Below are positions 1 through 11,415 of a DNA stretch of 64,000 nt, one piece after another. A program made the translations under genes and the position numbers. The first letter of the stretch is position 1. Each line of letters starts with the position of its first letter. Source of the DNA: Patellaria atrata CBS 101060 (Eukaryota); NCBI GenBank assembly GCA_010093705.1, contig MU006089.1, positions 3,188,061 to 3,252,060 on the forward strand, in the 5' to 3' direction. The notes beneath the pieces are model-generated. The model worked only from the letters and a program-made list of their open reading frames with translations. It was not told where the DNA came from and searched no databases.

Positions 1-1848
1 CGTGAAACCCGAACCCAATAGGACCTTCACAATCCGCTCTTCCAACCTCCTTCATTGTTCTAGCATCTAAACAAAGGAGATAACTCTTCCCCCTATATCC
101 ATTCAGTACAACGCTCAACAACACCCCGGCGTCCTCATCCTCAGCACCCGGGTCGCGTATAAAGACAGGTTCTCCTGGACTCTGGCCATTCTCGCTCCAT
201 ATCAGATGCCTCTCCTGCTCATTGGGATACTGCGAATCAAACTTCACCAGCGCGTCCACGAAGGTGCTGATACCCCGGTCTAGAACACCGTACGTGTATC
301 TGTGCGGTCTGGTCAGGAATGCCGGGTTGATATTCGGTAGCTCGGGTGTCCAGCGTATCGATGTCGAGTACAGGATTTCCGCGGTCCGTGGCTTACCTGC
401 TACTGCTTTCGTATCCTGGATTGTGTGTGCTGCTGTTACTGTGGTAGAAGAGGGAACAGCGGGTAGTCGAAACCGCCGGAATGATGGACGCGTCGAGTCG
501 CCCTTCACACCGACAAATTGCAGCGCACCCGGTGTCGTGGACAGCAGTTGGTTGTAATAGAACCGGTGCAAGATATCCAGATTGTCATATGCCACCAACT
601 CAGCTACAATATTAATCCCATCCTTACCTTTTTCCTCCCAAGCATTAACGGTATGAAAACAGAAGAACGCTGGCGTTGTATATGTCGCCACTAAACCCTT
701 CCCATGCCGCCTATCGATGACATACCACATCGCATCCCTTGAGGAATCCCACGGCCCAATAGCGTCGAGGATGTTGCGGTACCAGAGCACCGAGAGGCCA
801 CCGGCACTGAAGTGCGAGCCCCAGATGCAGAGGAGGACATAGTTCTCCGTTAACAGGATCGAGTGGAGGTATGCAGGTGGCGCGGTTATGGATGCGAGAA
901 TCTCGGTTTCTCCGGTCGATGTTAGGGTGCGGAAGACACGGTATGTAGAGCTACCACCGAATTCGAGGTTGAAGTTGTAGACGTCGCCGGTCTGGGGATC
1001 AGATTTAGCGTGTGCAGCTGCAAGGGGTCCCTTGAGAAGGGGGTGCAGAACTCGCTGGTTGGTGATACCAATGGGTTCGAGGGTAGACGGATCGATGCGG
1101 GCGAAGGAGGATGCATCGGTTCTGAGGTGGAGGGTCTGGATACCAGAGGAGTGCCCACTGGGTTCGTCGGATGGGCTGGTAATGCCAGGAGCATTGGGCG
1201 ATAGTGTCACGCCGATGTTCGCGTCGCTCTTGTTGTAGACAAGCGGTCCGCTAGCAACTTTGAATGTACTCATCACCTTCTTGAAGTAGCTCTGACACGG
1301 ATCCCGCTTTTGGGCGAAGCTGAAGCCCTCAAGGGTACCTGTTCGTCGGATCTTCTCGAGTTGCTCGTCGACGGTGTGGCGGGAGTTGTAGAAGACTTTT
1401 ACGGGCGAGTTTGGTTCTGAGGGGGCAATGATTTCGAAGCGGTGGACTTGGTTGTTGCCGTCGAACCAATGGGACTTTTCAAAGACTGTGCCGTTAGCTG
1501 TAGGGACTTTGTAGCCGCCTGGGCCGGTGCGGTAGAGGGTTCCGGCTGCATAGGCGGGAATGTTGCCTTGGACTGCGAGCTCGATCTGAGTCCGCTGTTC
1601 GTAGTCGTTGTTGAACTGCTCAGATTAGCATTTGGAGGAAAGGGGTGCTCGTTACAGCATACGCCTATATCATTTTGCCACCCGTTATACGGCTGTAATA
1701 ACTCTTCCTTTCCTTTCGTCTCATTCTGAGAAGCTGGAACTGACCGTATGCTGAAGGTACTAAACCTCTTCGACAACCGGTCAGTAGAGTTTCTCCGCTT
1801 TTTCACCCCATTCAACTCCTTCGGCTTTCCGCTCCCGAATATCGCCAT
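1..1848 (-). CDS. Carotenoid cleavage oxygenase (RPE65 family, torulene oxygenase Cao-2/CarT-like); 3' end runs off the window
   Basis: ATG at 1848, phase-0 intron 1616-1662 (GTATGC..CTAAT..CAG). Exon 2 reads GNIPAYAAGTLYRTGPG, then SHWFDG, and reaches the C-terminal GFH(G) motif at position 1 in the same frame. Confidence 0.9.
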
Positions 1849-2067
1849 CGGAGGTAAATATCTTAGTCCCAAGCTCTTGAACACCAGCCTCGACACTCTA
1901 ACAGAAAGATCAAGTAACGATGATATCTCAAGACCCATGAGTCTTCTTGAGCACTGTCTCAAATAGTGTAACGTAGTATAACCACCTGGGGGGTTTTCGG
2001 GGGGCCAAACCGTATATAAAATGATACCAAGAAACGCAAATGACCCACCACCCAATATAGGAACAGC

Positions 2068-3040
2068 ATGCGGCTCGCCTCGAAGCCCCACAACCCTTTG
2101 CCCCTCCCCGCATATCACAACTTCGACCCTCGTATCATCGTATGTCCAGGTAAACGCTGTTGTCACTTCTTACATTACATATCCCAAGCCCACGTGCCGC
2201 AACCGAAAGGGACCCGGTACACAATCCGATTCCGCCAACAGCGTCTCATCATATTGCTGCCAACGTCTCATTTGCATACCAGTTCGCTCAAACAAGAAGA
2301 AAGCCCGTTTAGGCGGTGGGAGAGGGGAGAGAAGGGCGTTTGTGGCGTCCGACGCGAGATCTTAGCGTTTAGCTGCGGGACGCAAGCGAGGTGCAGAGAC
2401 GTTCGGTTTCCTCGCGAGAGTCGACTTTAACTTCTGCATTATCGATGTTTTGTATTGAGCGAAGGAAGCATTATGATGACGATGCAGAGAGTTGGGGTAA
2501 GGGTTCGGTTGTTGTTGCTCCAATATACGTACGGTATTCACGGAGTTACTGCCAGTCTCGACCATCATCATAATACAAAGATAATAATCCTCCTCGGAAA
2601 CGAAAGGATTGGTTCAAGATCGTTATCCTTACCGAACAAGCTATGTTTTAATTCGCGATATCCGCAATCGTCGTCCAACATATTCGTCTCGAGATGCAGA
2701 TGTTGTATAAATGCTCCACCACACCCCCCTGCGCACCATCTCTAGATCTGTGCACGTCAGAAAAATAAGCTTCGCCTCTTCGCTACCTCGCGGTTGCGAT
2801 TGGTGTCCAGAATCCCGGAACCGCATTTCTCGTTATTTTCTTCCATATTGGGATGGCGTGGACATGGGTGTTGCAGAATTCCAGAAGACGGTTCGAGGCG
2901 TGCCGCGTGCAGGGCTGAACCATCAGCGAGTTAAAGAGAGAGTTTTGGAATTTGGAGACGTCTTGAGACTTGCATGCACGGAGCATGTTGCATTCGGGAA
3001 ATATCAAAAGGAGCGGTCATCTGAAAAAGATAGATTATGA
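2068..3040 (+). pseudogene. Possible decayed gene (SPF..REILAF motif reminiscent of fungal F-box-like hypothetical proteins)
   Basis: Successive short + strand ORFs (2068-2430, 2455-2745, 2711-3040) broken by stops and frame changes; only weak motif resemblance. Confidence 0.25.
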
Positions 3041-3453
3041 GGTTACTTCTGACAAGGTGGAGGAATTAGAATAGCATCATTATGATTAATCAAAGAGACG
3101 GGGTTTGGTAAAGACGTGGGTTGGAATGTCTAATTGATATGATATTGAGTTTACCGAATCTGCTGCAGCGCGCGGTAAGTGATGCCCTATTTCCCAATTT
3201 AGCGACCGTTGACCGGGCTTCTGGTCCAACTTGAAGACGGCGAACTCGGGAATCGACATGACGACATCTCAAAGAAGAGTGTCTTCCAGGTAAATCATCA
3301 ACCCCAAAGCTCCATCCGTTGGTTTGAACGGCGACCATCTTTATTGATACCATCCGAATAACAAATAGCTCTTCACCAGCTGGAGTTTCTGGGTCTGTAC
3401 AGTACAACTGCGCTACAACCTACTCCTTTCGTAATCATCTTTGCCCTCGCAGT

Positions 3454-5764
3454 TCAGTCCTCACTCATTTGAGAAGATTTCTTGGATCCGAAAGGTTTTA
3501 TCCAGCTGAAATGCCGTAAAACTGAAGACTTTCGGCCTCGGGTGGTATCCTCGGGATCAGCTTCCGGCTCTGTCGTTTCCCCTTCAGATATTTGTCCCAA
3601 TATCGCATTCCCATTCATCTATAGATTTGTGTAAGAATATATTGACCAGAATTATCTCCATGAGACTTACCGGTTCAGTTGAGTCTTTCCTCCACCATGC
3701 ACTGCTGCGCTTGGAGCCGTCTTCTCCCTTTTTCCCAAAATCAATCTCCCGAAACTCAACACGTACATCCTTCGCGTCCTTCGCTAAGTCTTCTTCCGCA
3801 AACTTGTGCAAGTCCTCCAATGCTTTGTTTCTGTAAGTTGCAATCTCAGACGGTCGGCCATGTGCAGTGTCTCTGCCTCCTAGAGGTGGCACGGAACGTT
3901 CGGTACATTCAGGAACCATATCTGGGAATTCAGGATCCTCAAGCGAGTTATACATCTCTTCAACAGGACGATGAAGATCGGTGGCAATCCTTTCGATTCG
4001 GAAGTGCTCTTCTGCATGAGCTTCATCTGAAGATCTTCTTTCCATTCGCGTTCTCTCGGCTGACTCTATCGCTGCGGAACGACGTCTGTCCCAATGATAT
4101 GCATAACGCGCCACTTTTCCTGTTTCCAACTCCGTACTGGATGGTATAGCCTTCTCTTTCTCTTGCGGGGACGCTTCCGTTATCTGTCCGTCCAAGGTAA
4201 CTTTGACAGCCGGTGGCTGATAAGTTGGACACTCTTCAATAATATGCGTAACAAATTCCTCGGTGCCGTCAATTGATCTCTGTAGGTCTCTTTTCGAACG
4301 CTTCTTCACCTTCACCGACTTCAATACGGATAATGTGTTAACTGTACGTGAGGCTACCTGGGGTGCTTTGCTGTCAACCTTTGATATCAGTTTAGACTCA
4401 TCCTCCTTACTAGGTGCAACTTGAATAGCAGCTTCAGTGGCGCTGGCAGGTAGAGGTGAGCATATGGACTTTTGCGAATGCATGGAAGTTGCATGCTCAG
4501 ATAGTGATATGGTCTTCTTAACAGGTTCAGTGATTGTCGGCACTGGGCTCGAAGCGGGCTGCTCGAAATTTGGTCGAAGTTGTTCGGTATCTCCTGCTTG
4601 AGATATCCTGTCCGCATCTCCATGGCGTATTCGGTCTCTCTGAACCCTGCGCGTACGTTTATACTCCATGTAGTCGTCGATTTCATGTGATTTAGGCCTT
4701 AGCATCACTTCTCGAAATGGAATTTGGTCTTCTTCGCGTCGTAGCATTACTTCCCATATAGTTGTTTCTCCGTTGCGAAGTTTCGGATCCGCAGGTCGAA
4801 TCCGCCACCCACTAACTGTATATCTTTTTTTTTCAAAAAAAAAAAGAGGTCAGTTATATGTCTTAAATGTGAGCTGAGTGTTACCAACAAGCCCTCATAG
4901 CGCACGCCTGCTCTTGGACTCCATAAAGACATGAGGGAATGTGCCCTTAATATTCGTATGGGATAGCGAGCAGTGTAGTCGGCTGCGCAAAGACGGTATC
5001 TACCTCGGTCACCGATCCTACATTTGTATGTGAATTCATCTGCGGAGAACGCTTCGGACTCATCACCTTCTTTCATGAGGATCGCATATGCTCCTGAGTC
5101 ATCCGCACAGATACCGCCGTCTGTGATCTCAGAGTTGATAATACCGCTTCGATAGGCAAATAGAGCATTTATCCACCAACTGTAGACAAGAATTAACATT
5201 ATTTAGGAGAACTATGAAAATACTACTCACTCTCCAGGTTTGAACCCAAGATCACCATGTTCAAAAGCAGCAAATGGAATTCCGGGGTTATCTTTGTTGA
5301 ATCTGCTCAGTAGCGCCTTAATTTATAACATCAGTAATTGCAGACGTGTGAGAAGATTTTTGTTTTACCTCTCTAGTTATATCGTGTGGAGAACAGATCC
5401 CATAAAGACGTCCTCCAGGGACGAAGAGACTCGGTCGCAATTCTCTCAAAGGACCGTACTTTTTCTCCCAAGTCGTAATAACTTCGTCACATTCAAAGGC
5501 TAGCCTAGATGGCCATCTTGTTGCCTTTCCAGAGACTTCCAAGACGGCGAAGTGAATACGAGATAACTTCAACGCCGACGATGTGGGCGGATATTTGCGA
5601 AGGCTTCGGAACAGCTCATGGAGTTCAAGCACGTCGTTAGGACCTAGAACGTCAGGTCCATCGTATGCAATCATCGGGTCAAGGATGTCTCGAATCCATG
5701 ATGCCTTTTTAGCTAGATCCTCAACGTAAAGATGATGATAGGTAGGATCATCAGCCAGAGCCAT
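3454..5764 (-). CDS. SRA/YDG domain protein with N-terminal helical domain and long low-complexity C-terminus (5 exons)
   Basis: Spliced translation gives HGDLGFKPG.WWINALFAYRSGII, GGICADDSGAYAILM and YPIRILRAHSLMSLWSPRAGVRYEGLYTVSGW (SRA signature). Four GT..AG introns; stop TGA at 3454-3456. Confidence 0.85.
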
Positions 5765-6014
5765 AATGCAGGACACCAGAGGCAAGTTGTTGACGGGATC
5801 TATTCTCTTCTTGCTTCAAATGGACGTCAGGATGTTCTAGGACTTGTCGAATTTCAAACGGAGTTTAATATCCAGCCAGAACTAAGGCGACGAAGGGACT
5901 TGGTAAGTATCAAGATGCAAGTAAACGGACGGGAGACCAGAGCGTGGCATTCATAGTAGACGGTAAGATAGTAGTTATCTTCATAGGATATAAACACACA
6001 TAGATGTCTGTCGG

Positions 6015-7175
6015 TTACTCCTTCCGTTGTTCTGCAGATTCTGGTCTTAGCTGCGGTTTAACCTCAACCCAAATAGGAACATGGTCACTAGGTCCTCTTT
6101 CCTTTGCGCTGTCGAGGATATCGGCATCCACCAAGCGTCCTTCAGCAACCAAGCTCTTACTCGTTATAATGAAATCTACTCTATCGCAGCTAGAACCCCA
6201 TTCCCTTCCTCTGGGATGATATGTGTATCGCTTCTCATCACCCTTCAAATAACGAAAGACGTCAATGCCAGCCAGACCCTCCTCATCTTCGAAAAACTTT
6301 CTGTTGAAATCAGCCCTGTTAAAAACATGCTGTGTTGGATATTCTCGAAGGTTTGGATGGCCGTCAATGCGATTACGTGCAATATTGAAGTCTCCAGCCA
6401 ATATAAGTTGCCACCCATCTCGTTCTAATCGTTGGCATTCATCTAATAAATGACGATGGAAAGCTAGTTTACGGTCATGGCGGGTCCCGATGGTTTTGCC
6501 ACTCGCCGGAGACCTGTATGGGTTGGTCGTGCCATTAACGGCATATATATTGAATAGCGCTGTGCGATCCTTCGTCTCGATAATATTTACTCGGCCTTCA
6601 CGGTCCCATTCGACGGTTCTAACTCGTTCAATTTGCTTTTCATAGAAGTCTGACCTAATTATCGAAGCTACTCCATACATCTTTCCCCCAAAACCACGGA
6701 CATTGGACTTGTCCTCTGGTAATGTGAGATGGACGACATAGTCCGGCCCGTCATCCTGTGTACTGATACGACCATTGACAGCTACCTGTACAGCACGTTT
6801 GGTTCTCTCGTCTTGAGAGTTTATCTTAACCTCTTGTAGTAAAACCGCATGAGGCCAACGATGGCGTTGTAAGAAAGAACGGATGGAAGCAGTTGGTCGA
6901 GGAGGGGATATATTTCTTACTTTGACGGCACCAACAGAAGACTTTATATTGGAAGTGTTAGAAACGGGAGAGAAAAAAGAGGAAATGGATTTCTGAAGAA
7001 AAGGAGCTATGCCATTGACGTTCCATGAAAAGATCCTGATGCTTGGGCAAAGGAGCGCTGAACTTGATTTGGAAACGTCAATTTGAGACATATTACGAAT
7101 ATCGGGAACAGCGTCAGAAAGCTTGCGACGCTTGTTAGGCGGCGGGCTGATATTCCTTTCTCTCTTTAGTGACAT
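6015..7175 (-). CDS. Exonuclease III / APE-type AP endonuclease (EEP superfamily)
   Basis: SWNVNG, LQEVK, EGRV, NIYAVN, ILAGDFN, RVDFI and GPSDHVP motifs; basic NLS-like PPPNKRRK; intronless. Confidence 0.92.
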   Translation of the reverse strand: MSLKRERNISPPPNKRRKLSDAVPDIRNMSQIDVSKSSSALLCPSIRIFSWNVNGIAPFLQKSISSFFSPVSNTSNIKSSVGAVKVRNISPPRPTASIRSFLQRHRWPHAVLLQEVKINSQDERTKRAVQVAVNGRISTQDDGPDYVVHLTLPEDKSNVRGFGGKMYGVASIIRSDFYEKQIERVRTVEWDREGRVNIIETKDRTALFNIYAVNGTTNPYRSPASGKTIGTRHDRKLAFHRHLLDECQRLERDGWQLILAGDFNIARNRIDGHPNLREYPTQHVFNRADFNRKFFEDEEGLAGIDVFRYLKGDEKRYTYHPRGREWGSSCDRVDFIITSKSLVAEGRLVDADILDSAKERGPSDHVPIWVEVKPQLRPESAEQRKE

Positions 7176-8047
7176 TGTTGAGAAAGGGACGATTCCAGTG
7201 ATTGAAGCTTGAGTATGACGCAATAGAGAATTGGAAAAGACAAGATATGCATTTCTCGACATAAACTACCATAGTATGGACCGCTTATAGAGACTGTTTA
7301 GGGAGATAATACTGAAGAATTCCCCGATATGATGAGTTGCATTGGCCCACTTCATTCTTACTGCAGTGATGTTTGAACGTGACGGTTTGGGATATTTGTT
7401 GGATGAGGACGACGGAAGTGGCCGGAGGGAATTCCGAAAAATAATTCCGAGATGGCGTTATCGATAAAGTGGATTTGGCATTTAATTAGCATAGAATGGA
7501 CAGCCATTTCGGCTTCAAACATTATTTTCAGAATAATTTTGATTCGCAAGGTACGTTCACGTCCATACAGTGTACCAGACGGGTTCATTTTCCTAGTGAT
7601 CAAAGTCATACCCCAGAAAAAGAGTCAGTCTTATGCAGAAAAGGTTGCTTACATGGTGAGCACACGACAGGATGCCTAAAACGGGTGGTGCCGTAATACC
7701 GATGCTGGCGCAAAATCAGGGGAGCTTCGTTAGCACATCGGCTCCCTACAGCACATTGAAAGGCAAATATGAGGCCTTGATTGCAAAAATGAGCTCGCTG
7801 AGCTTTGAAATCAATCCCTAAACCAATATGCTATCAACTCTGAACCCTCAAAGTGTATCATACGCTGAGAAACTTGCGATGGTTTGAGGCTGATAGATAT
7901 ACGCGTCTCGACACTCTGTTGCACCTTCCAGCTCTCGGCAATTTGGCGAGGAATTAGTTATTCGCAATCCTTCTTCTCCTGCTGACGCGTAGAAGGGTCT
8001 CTGCGAAAACGGTCGTTATACCAGAGAAGAGGGAGAGCATCAACACC

Positions 8048-10800
8048 ATGGTTCAACTTTCAGCCCTCGTGCAGAAAGGAGTCTACGTTCTCTGGATTCT
8101 GGTCCTCCTCGCCGCCGTACACCGAAATTTTCGGACAGGTTCGTTCACTCTTCCCCTCTAGTTTGTGGAACCCATGTTTGGACGTCTCTATATTGAAGAA
8201 TGTTGCTGATCCATCCTCCTGTCGTAGACTCATCCGACCCCCAAAAATGCGGTGCCCTCCTAGAGGAAGGTCAATGGCTCGATCCGCAGCGTTCCGCTTA
8301 CTCACCCCCAGATGGGTATACTATCTGGCAGCCACCTGGGTGTATGGTACATAACTACAGTGCTGAAGATGTTGCAAGATGTTTTGGGAAGAGGAAGGTT
8401 CTGTTCGTTGGCGATTCGACGGTTCGACAAGTCTTCTGGGCAGCCGCGAAAAAGATTGACCCATCGGGATATCCTAAAAAGAGAACACTCAAGGAGAATA
8501 AAGAGCTACACTCTAACATGGTGTATAATACAACGGACCACCATCTGGAATTCTTATGGGATCCATACCTGAATAGTTCCATTCTTCATGCTGAGCTCCA
8601 TGCTTTCCGAACAGCCAAGGAACCTCAAGAAGGGGGAACATCAGAACCTACCCTCTCTATTCCTAGTTCTCAAAATGCTGCAAGCATACTTATTGGTGGT
8701 GGACTATGGCAGGCCCGTTACCTTGATGACAGATATTTTGAGCAGTTCAAGAGTGCTATTGACAATATCCTATTAACTGTCTCGAATTACGATCAGAAAA
8801 CCGATATTCGATTTGCCACCTTAAACGGGAAGGAAGGCCTTGGTGATAGTATCTTCTTCGCTCCGGTTCAGGAACCATTATATGAGGAACTGTCTCCCAG
8901 CAGAGCAGCTACGATCAAGCCCGGAGAGATCTCAAGAATGAATGAGTATCTTCAGGAGCTTGCTGATAAGAAGAGAATCACCCTGTTGTCCAGCTATGCT
9001 GCGATGATTAAAGGGGATCCTCTGACCTACGGAGATAGTGGTCTACATGTCATAGATCAGATTTCAAAGGAGAGGGCTGACGCCCTCTTCAATCTAAGGT
9101 GCAACGCAAAGGCTGCGTACAATGGCGGTTATCCCTTCAGCAGGACTTGTTGCAGTGCTTACCCTACAATTAACTTAGTCCAATTAGCTGTTATGGCTTT
9201 TGGGTTCGTCATATTGCCCCTGAGCGCTCTCACAAGATACGGAAGATCAAAGAGAACAAATCGGCCAAGTTCAAATGTAACGCTCAATGCGTCCATCATG
9301 CTCTTCGTAGCTTTGTGCTACTGTTATTTTGCAGACAGGACGGCTGTATTCGAGAAGGCCCATAAACGTTTCATAGTGTCTGACTTCCGTTCTCTCGCTT
9401 GGGGTGTGCTCCTTCTAGGCCTTCTTACCATAAGAAAGATCCCATCTTCTGGAAAGGCACCTATCTCCCAATCGACTCAACCGGACGAATCATTCCTACC
9501 TGAGGCTCAAACCGACGAATGGAAAGGATGGATGCAGTTCTTCGTCTTGATGTACCATTATACCGGTGCTACCGAGCATCTCGGATTGTACATTATCACT
9601 CGACTCCTCATGGCATCTTACGTCTTCCTAACCGCATACCAACATTCTATGTACTTCCTAAGACAAAACGACTACTCACTCCGTCACGTCGCAGGCGTTT
9701 TAATCCGTTTGAACCTCTCCACGGTCACCATATCGTACATGATGCGTACAGACTACATGTTCTACTACCTCGCACCGCTCCTCACGTACTCCTTTTCCGT
9801 CGTCTATTTCACCCTCCGCATCGGCTCCTCATACAACAACAAAGTTTTGTTTGTCATCAGCAAGACTCTATTTTCCGCTCTCCTGACCTGGGCTTTCTTC
9901 GCCATCCCCAACCTCCTCGAACTCGACCTCACCTTCCTCAAATACACGACCCGCATATCCTGGGACCCCCGCTCAACCCGGCAAAACCTGACCCTCGACA
10001 TCTTCGGTCCCTTCATCGGCCTCATCGTCGCCATCCTCAATACTCGCATCTCATTCATCCTCTCACCATCCAACTCCTACACTGACCGCCTCTCCCAAGC
10101 AATCCGCACACACTTCCCCTTCCTCCGCCTCGCCCTCATCCTCCTCGCCGCAACGGTCTTCCCCGTTTTCTACTCCCTAACCTCCCGCTCCCCAGACAAA
10201 GCCGACTACAACTGGTGGCAGCCTTACATCGGCATTCTCCCCGTCCTCGCCTATGCCGTAGTCCGAAACGCCACCCTAGCGCTCAGGACATTGCACTCCC
10301 GCGCCTTCGCATGGTTGGGCCGTTGCGCGCTCGAGGCATTTGTGCTAAGCCGCCACGTATGGCTCGCGGGCGATGGAAGGGGTCTTCTCAGCACCGGCTT
10401 GTTCGGCAGCAGGGACGGGAGATTCTGGAGTGATCGGTGGAGAGACGCCGTACTCCTTACCCCTGTTTTCCTATGGCTGGCCTGGCGTGTCAGAGCTGCG
10501 ACCGATGTGCTCGCTGCGTGGGCTGTCGGTGAAGAGCAGGGGAGGAGAGAGGCGCATCGGAGTAGAAGCAGGCCGCAGAGCGTGGAGTTGCAGTTGCCGG
10601 ATTATGGGAACGGGTTTGCTAAGGAGGTGGCGGTGGATAGGAAGGAGGGGAGGGGGATGATGGGGCTCTCGGAGGCGGATTTGAGAAGACGCGTTTTGCT
10701 GGTTGTGGTGGGGATGTGGGTTCTTAATCTGGTAAGTGGGATATCATGACTTCCGTTTCATAGGAGTATTGTCGCTGATGTGGTGAAGACGTATGTTTAG
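8048..10800 (+). CDS. Cas1p/CASD1-type O-acetyltransferase (SGNH-like domain plus multi-TM acyltransferase domain)
   Basis: WQPPGC, LFVGDS, SGLH, LFNLRCN, RTCC and QTDEWKGWMQ..LMYHY motifs. Short first exon from ATG 8048; last intron about 10732-10788 followed by ACG TAT GTT TAG. Confidence 0.9.
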
Positions 10801-11415
10801 AGCCAGTGGTTGAGAGAGGAATGCGGTAGTCCCGTTTGTTGCCGACTCTTTCTGACCTGGATTACATCACCATATCTTCCCCCCGTTTTTCGATCATATT
10901 TGCGCTTCAGCGAGTCATAGAACAGCGGTTTGTAAAGAGCTCGACAGAAATTATATCTCAGCAAGAGTAGATGAGATGCATGTGCATCAGGTATATATGT
11001 ATGTAATGTATAGACGTAATGATGGGGATGGCTGCATATACCAGGAGAAAGGAGGACTATATCTCCTCCACATGTGTTTATTGATACCTGCGATTTCTTT
11101 CGGCATATCCCATGCGCATCAAAGTCGAACTCAGTACATGTAATGTATAGTGTCGGTGGTAGAGCCTCCCGAGCACGCGCAATGCACCTTCTCCTTAAGG
11201 GTTTCCATCTTGCACCCTGAAATCGGAAAGTACATTCGACCTCACTCCCACCTCTGTGCACACGCCCATTTCCGGTTGTGATGACTATAAAGTAAATTAA
11301 GGATAAAATTAAGCTTATTTTGACGTCGTACACTAAACGTAAGAAGAGCCATATATACAATGAACAAGGGCCGCGAACCCCTTTCTACCGTTCCCTTATA
11401 ATCCAAAACTACCAA

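Noticed and set aside
222..1238. Several short ORFs on both strands
   Set aside because: Antisense or alternate-frame shadows of the carotenoid oxygenase exon.
8200..10749. Name similarity of Cas1p to CRISPR Cas1
   Set aside because: This is the unrelated Cryptococcus Cas1p/CASD1 acetyltransferase family; no CRISPR repeats are present.
10797..11360. 187-aa minus-strand ORF
   Set aside because: Lies in the convergent 3' region, has no recognisable motif and looks non-coding in composition.
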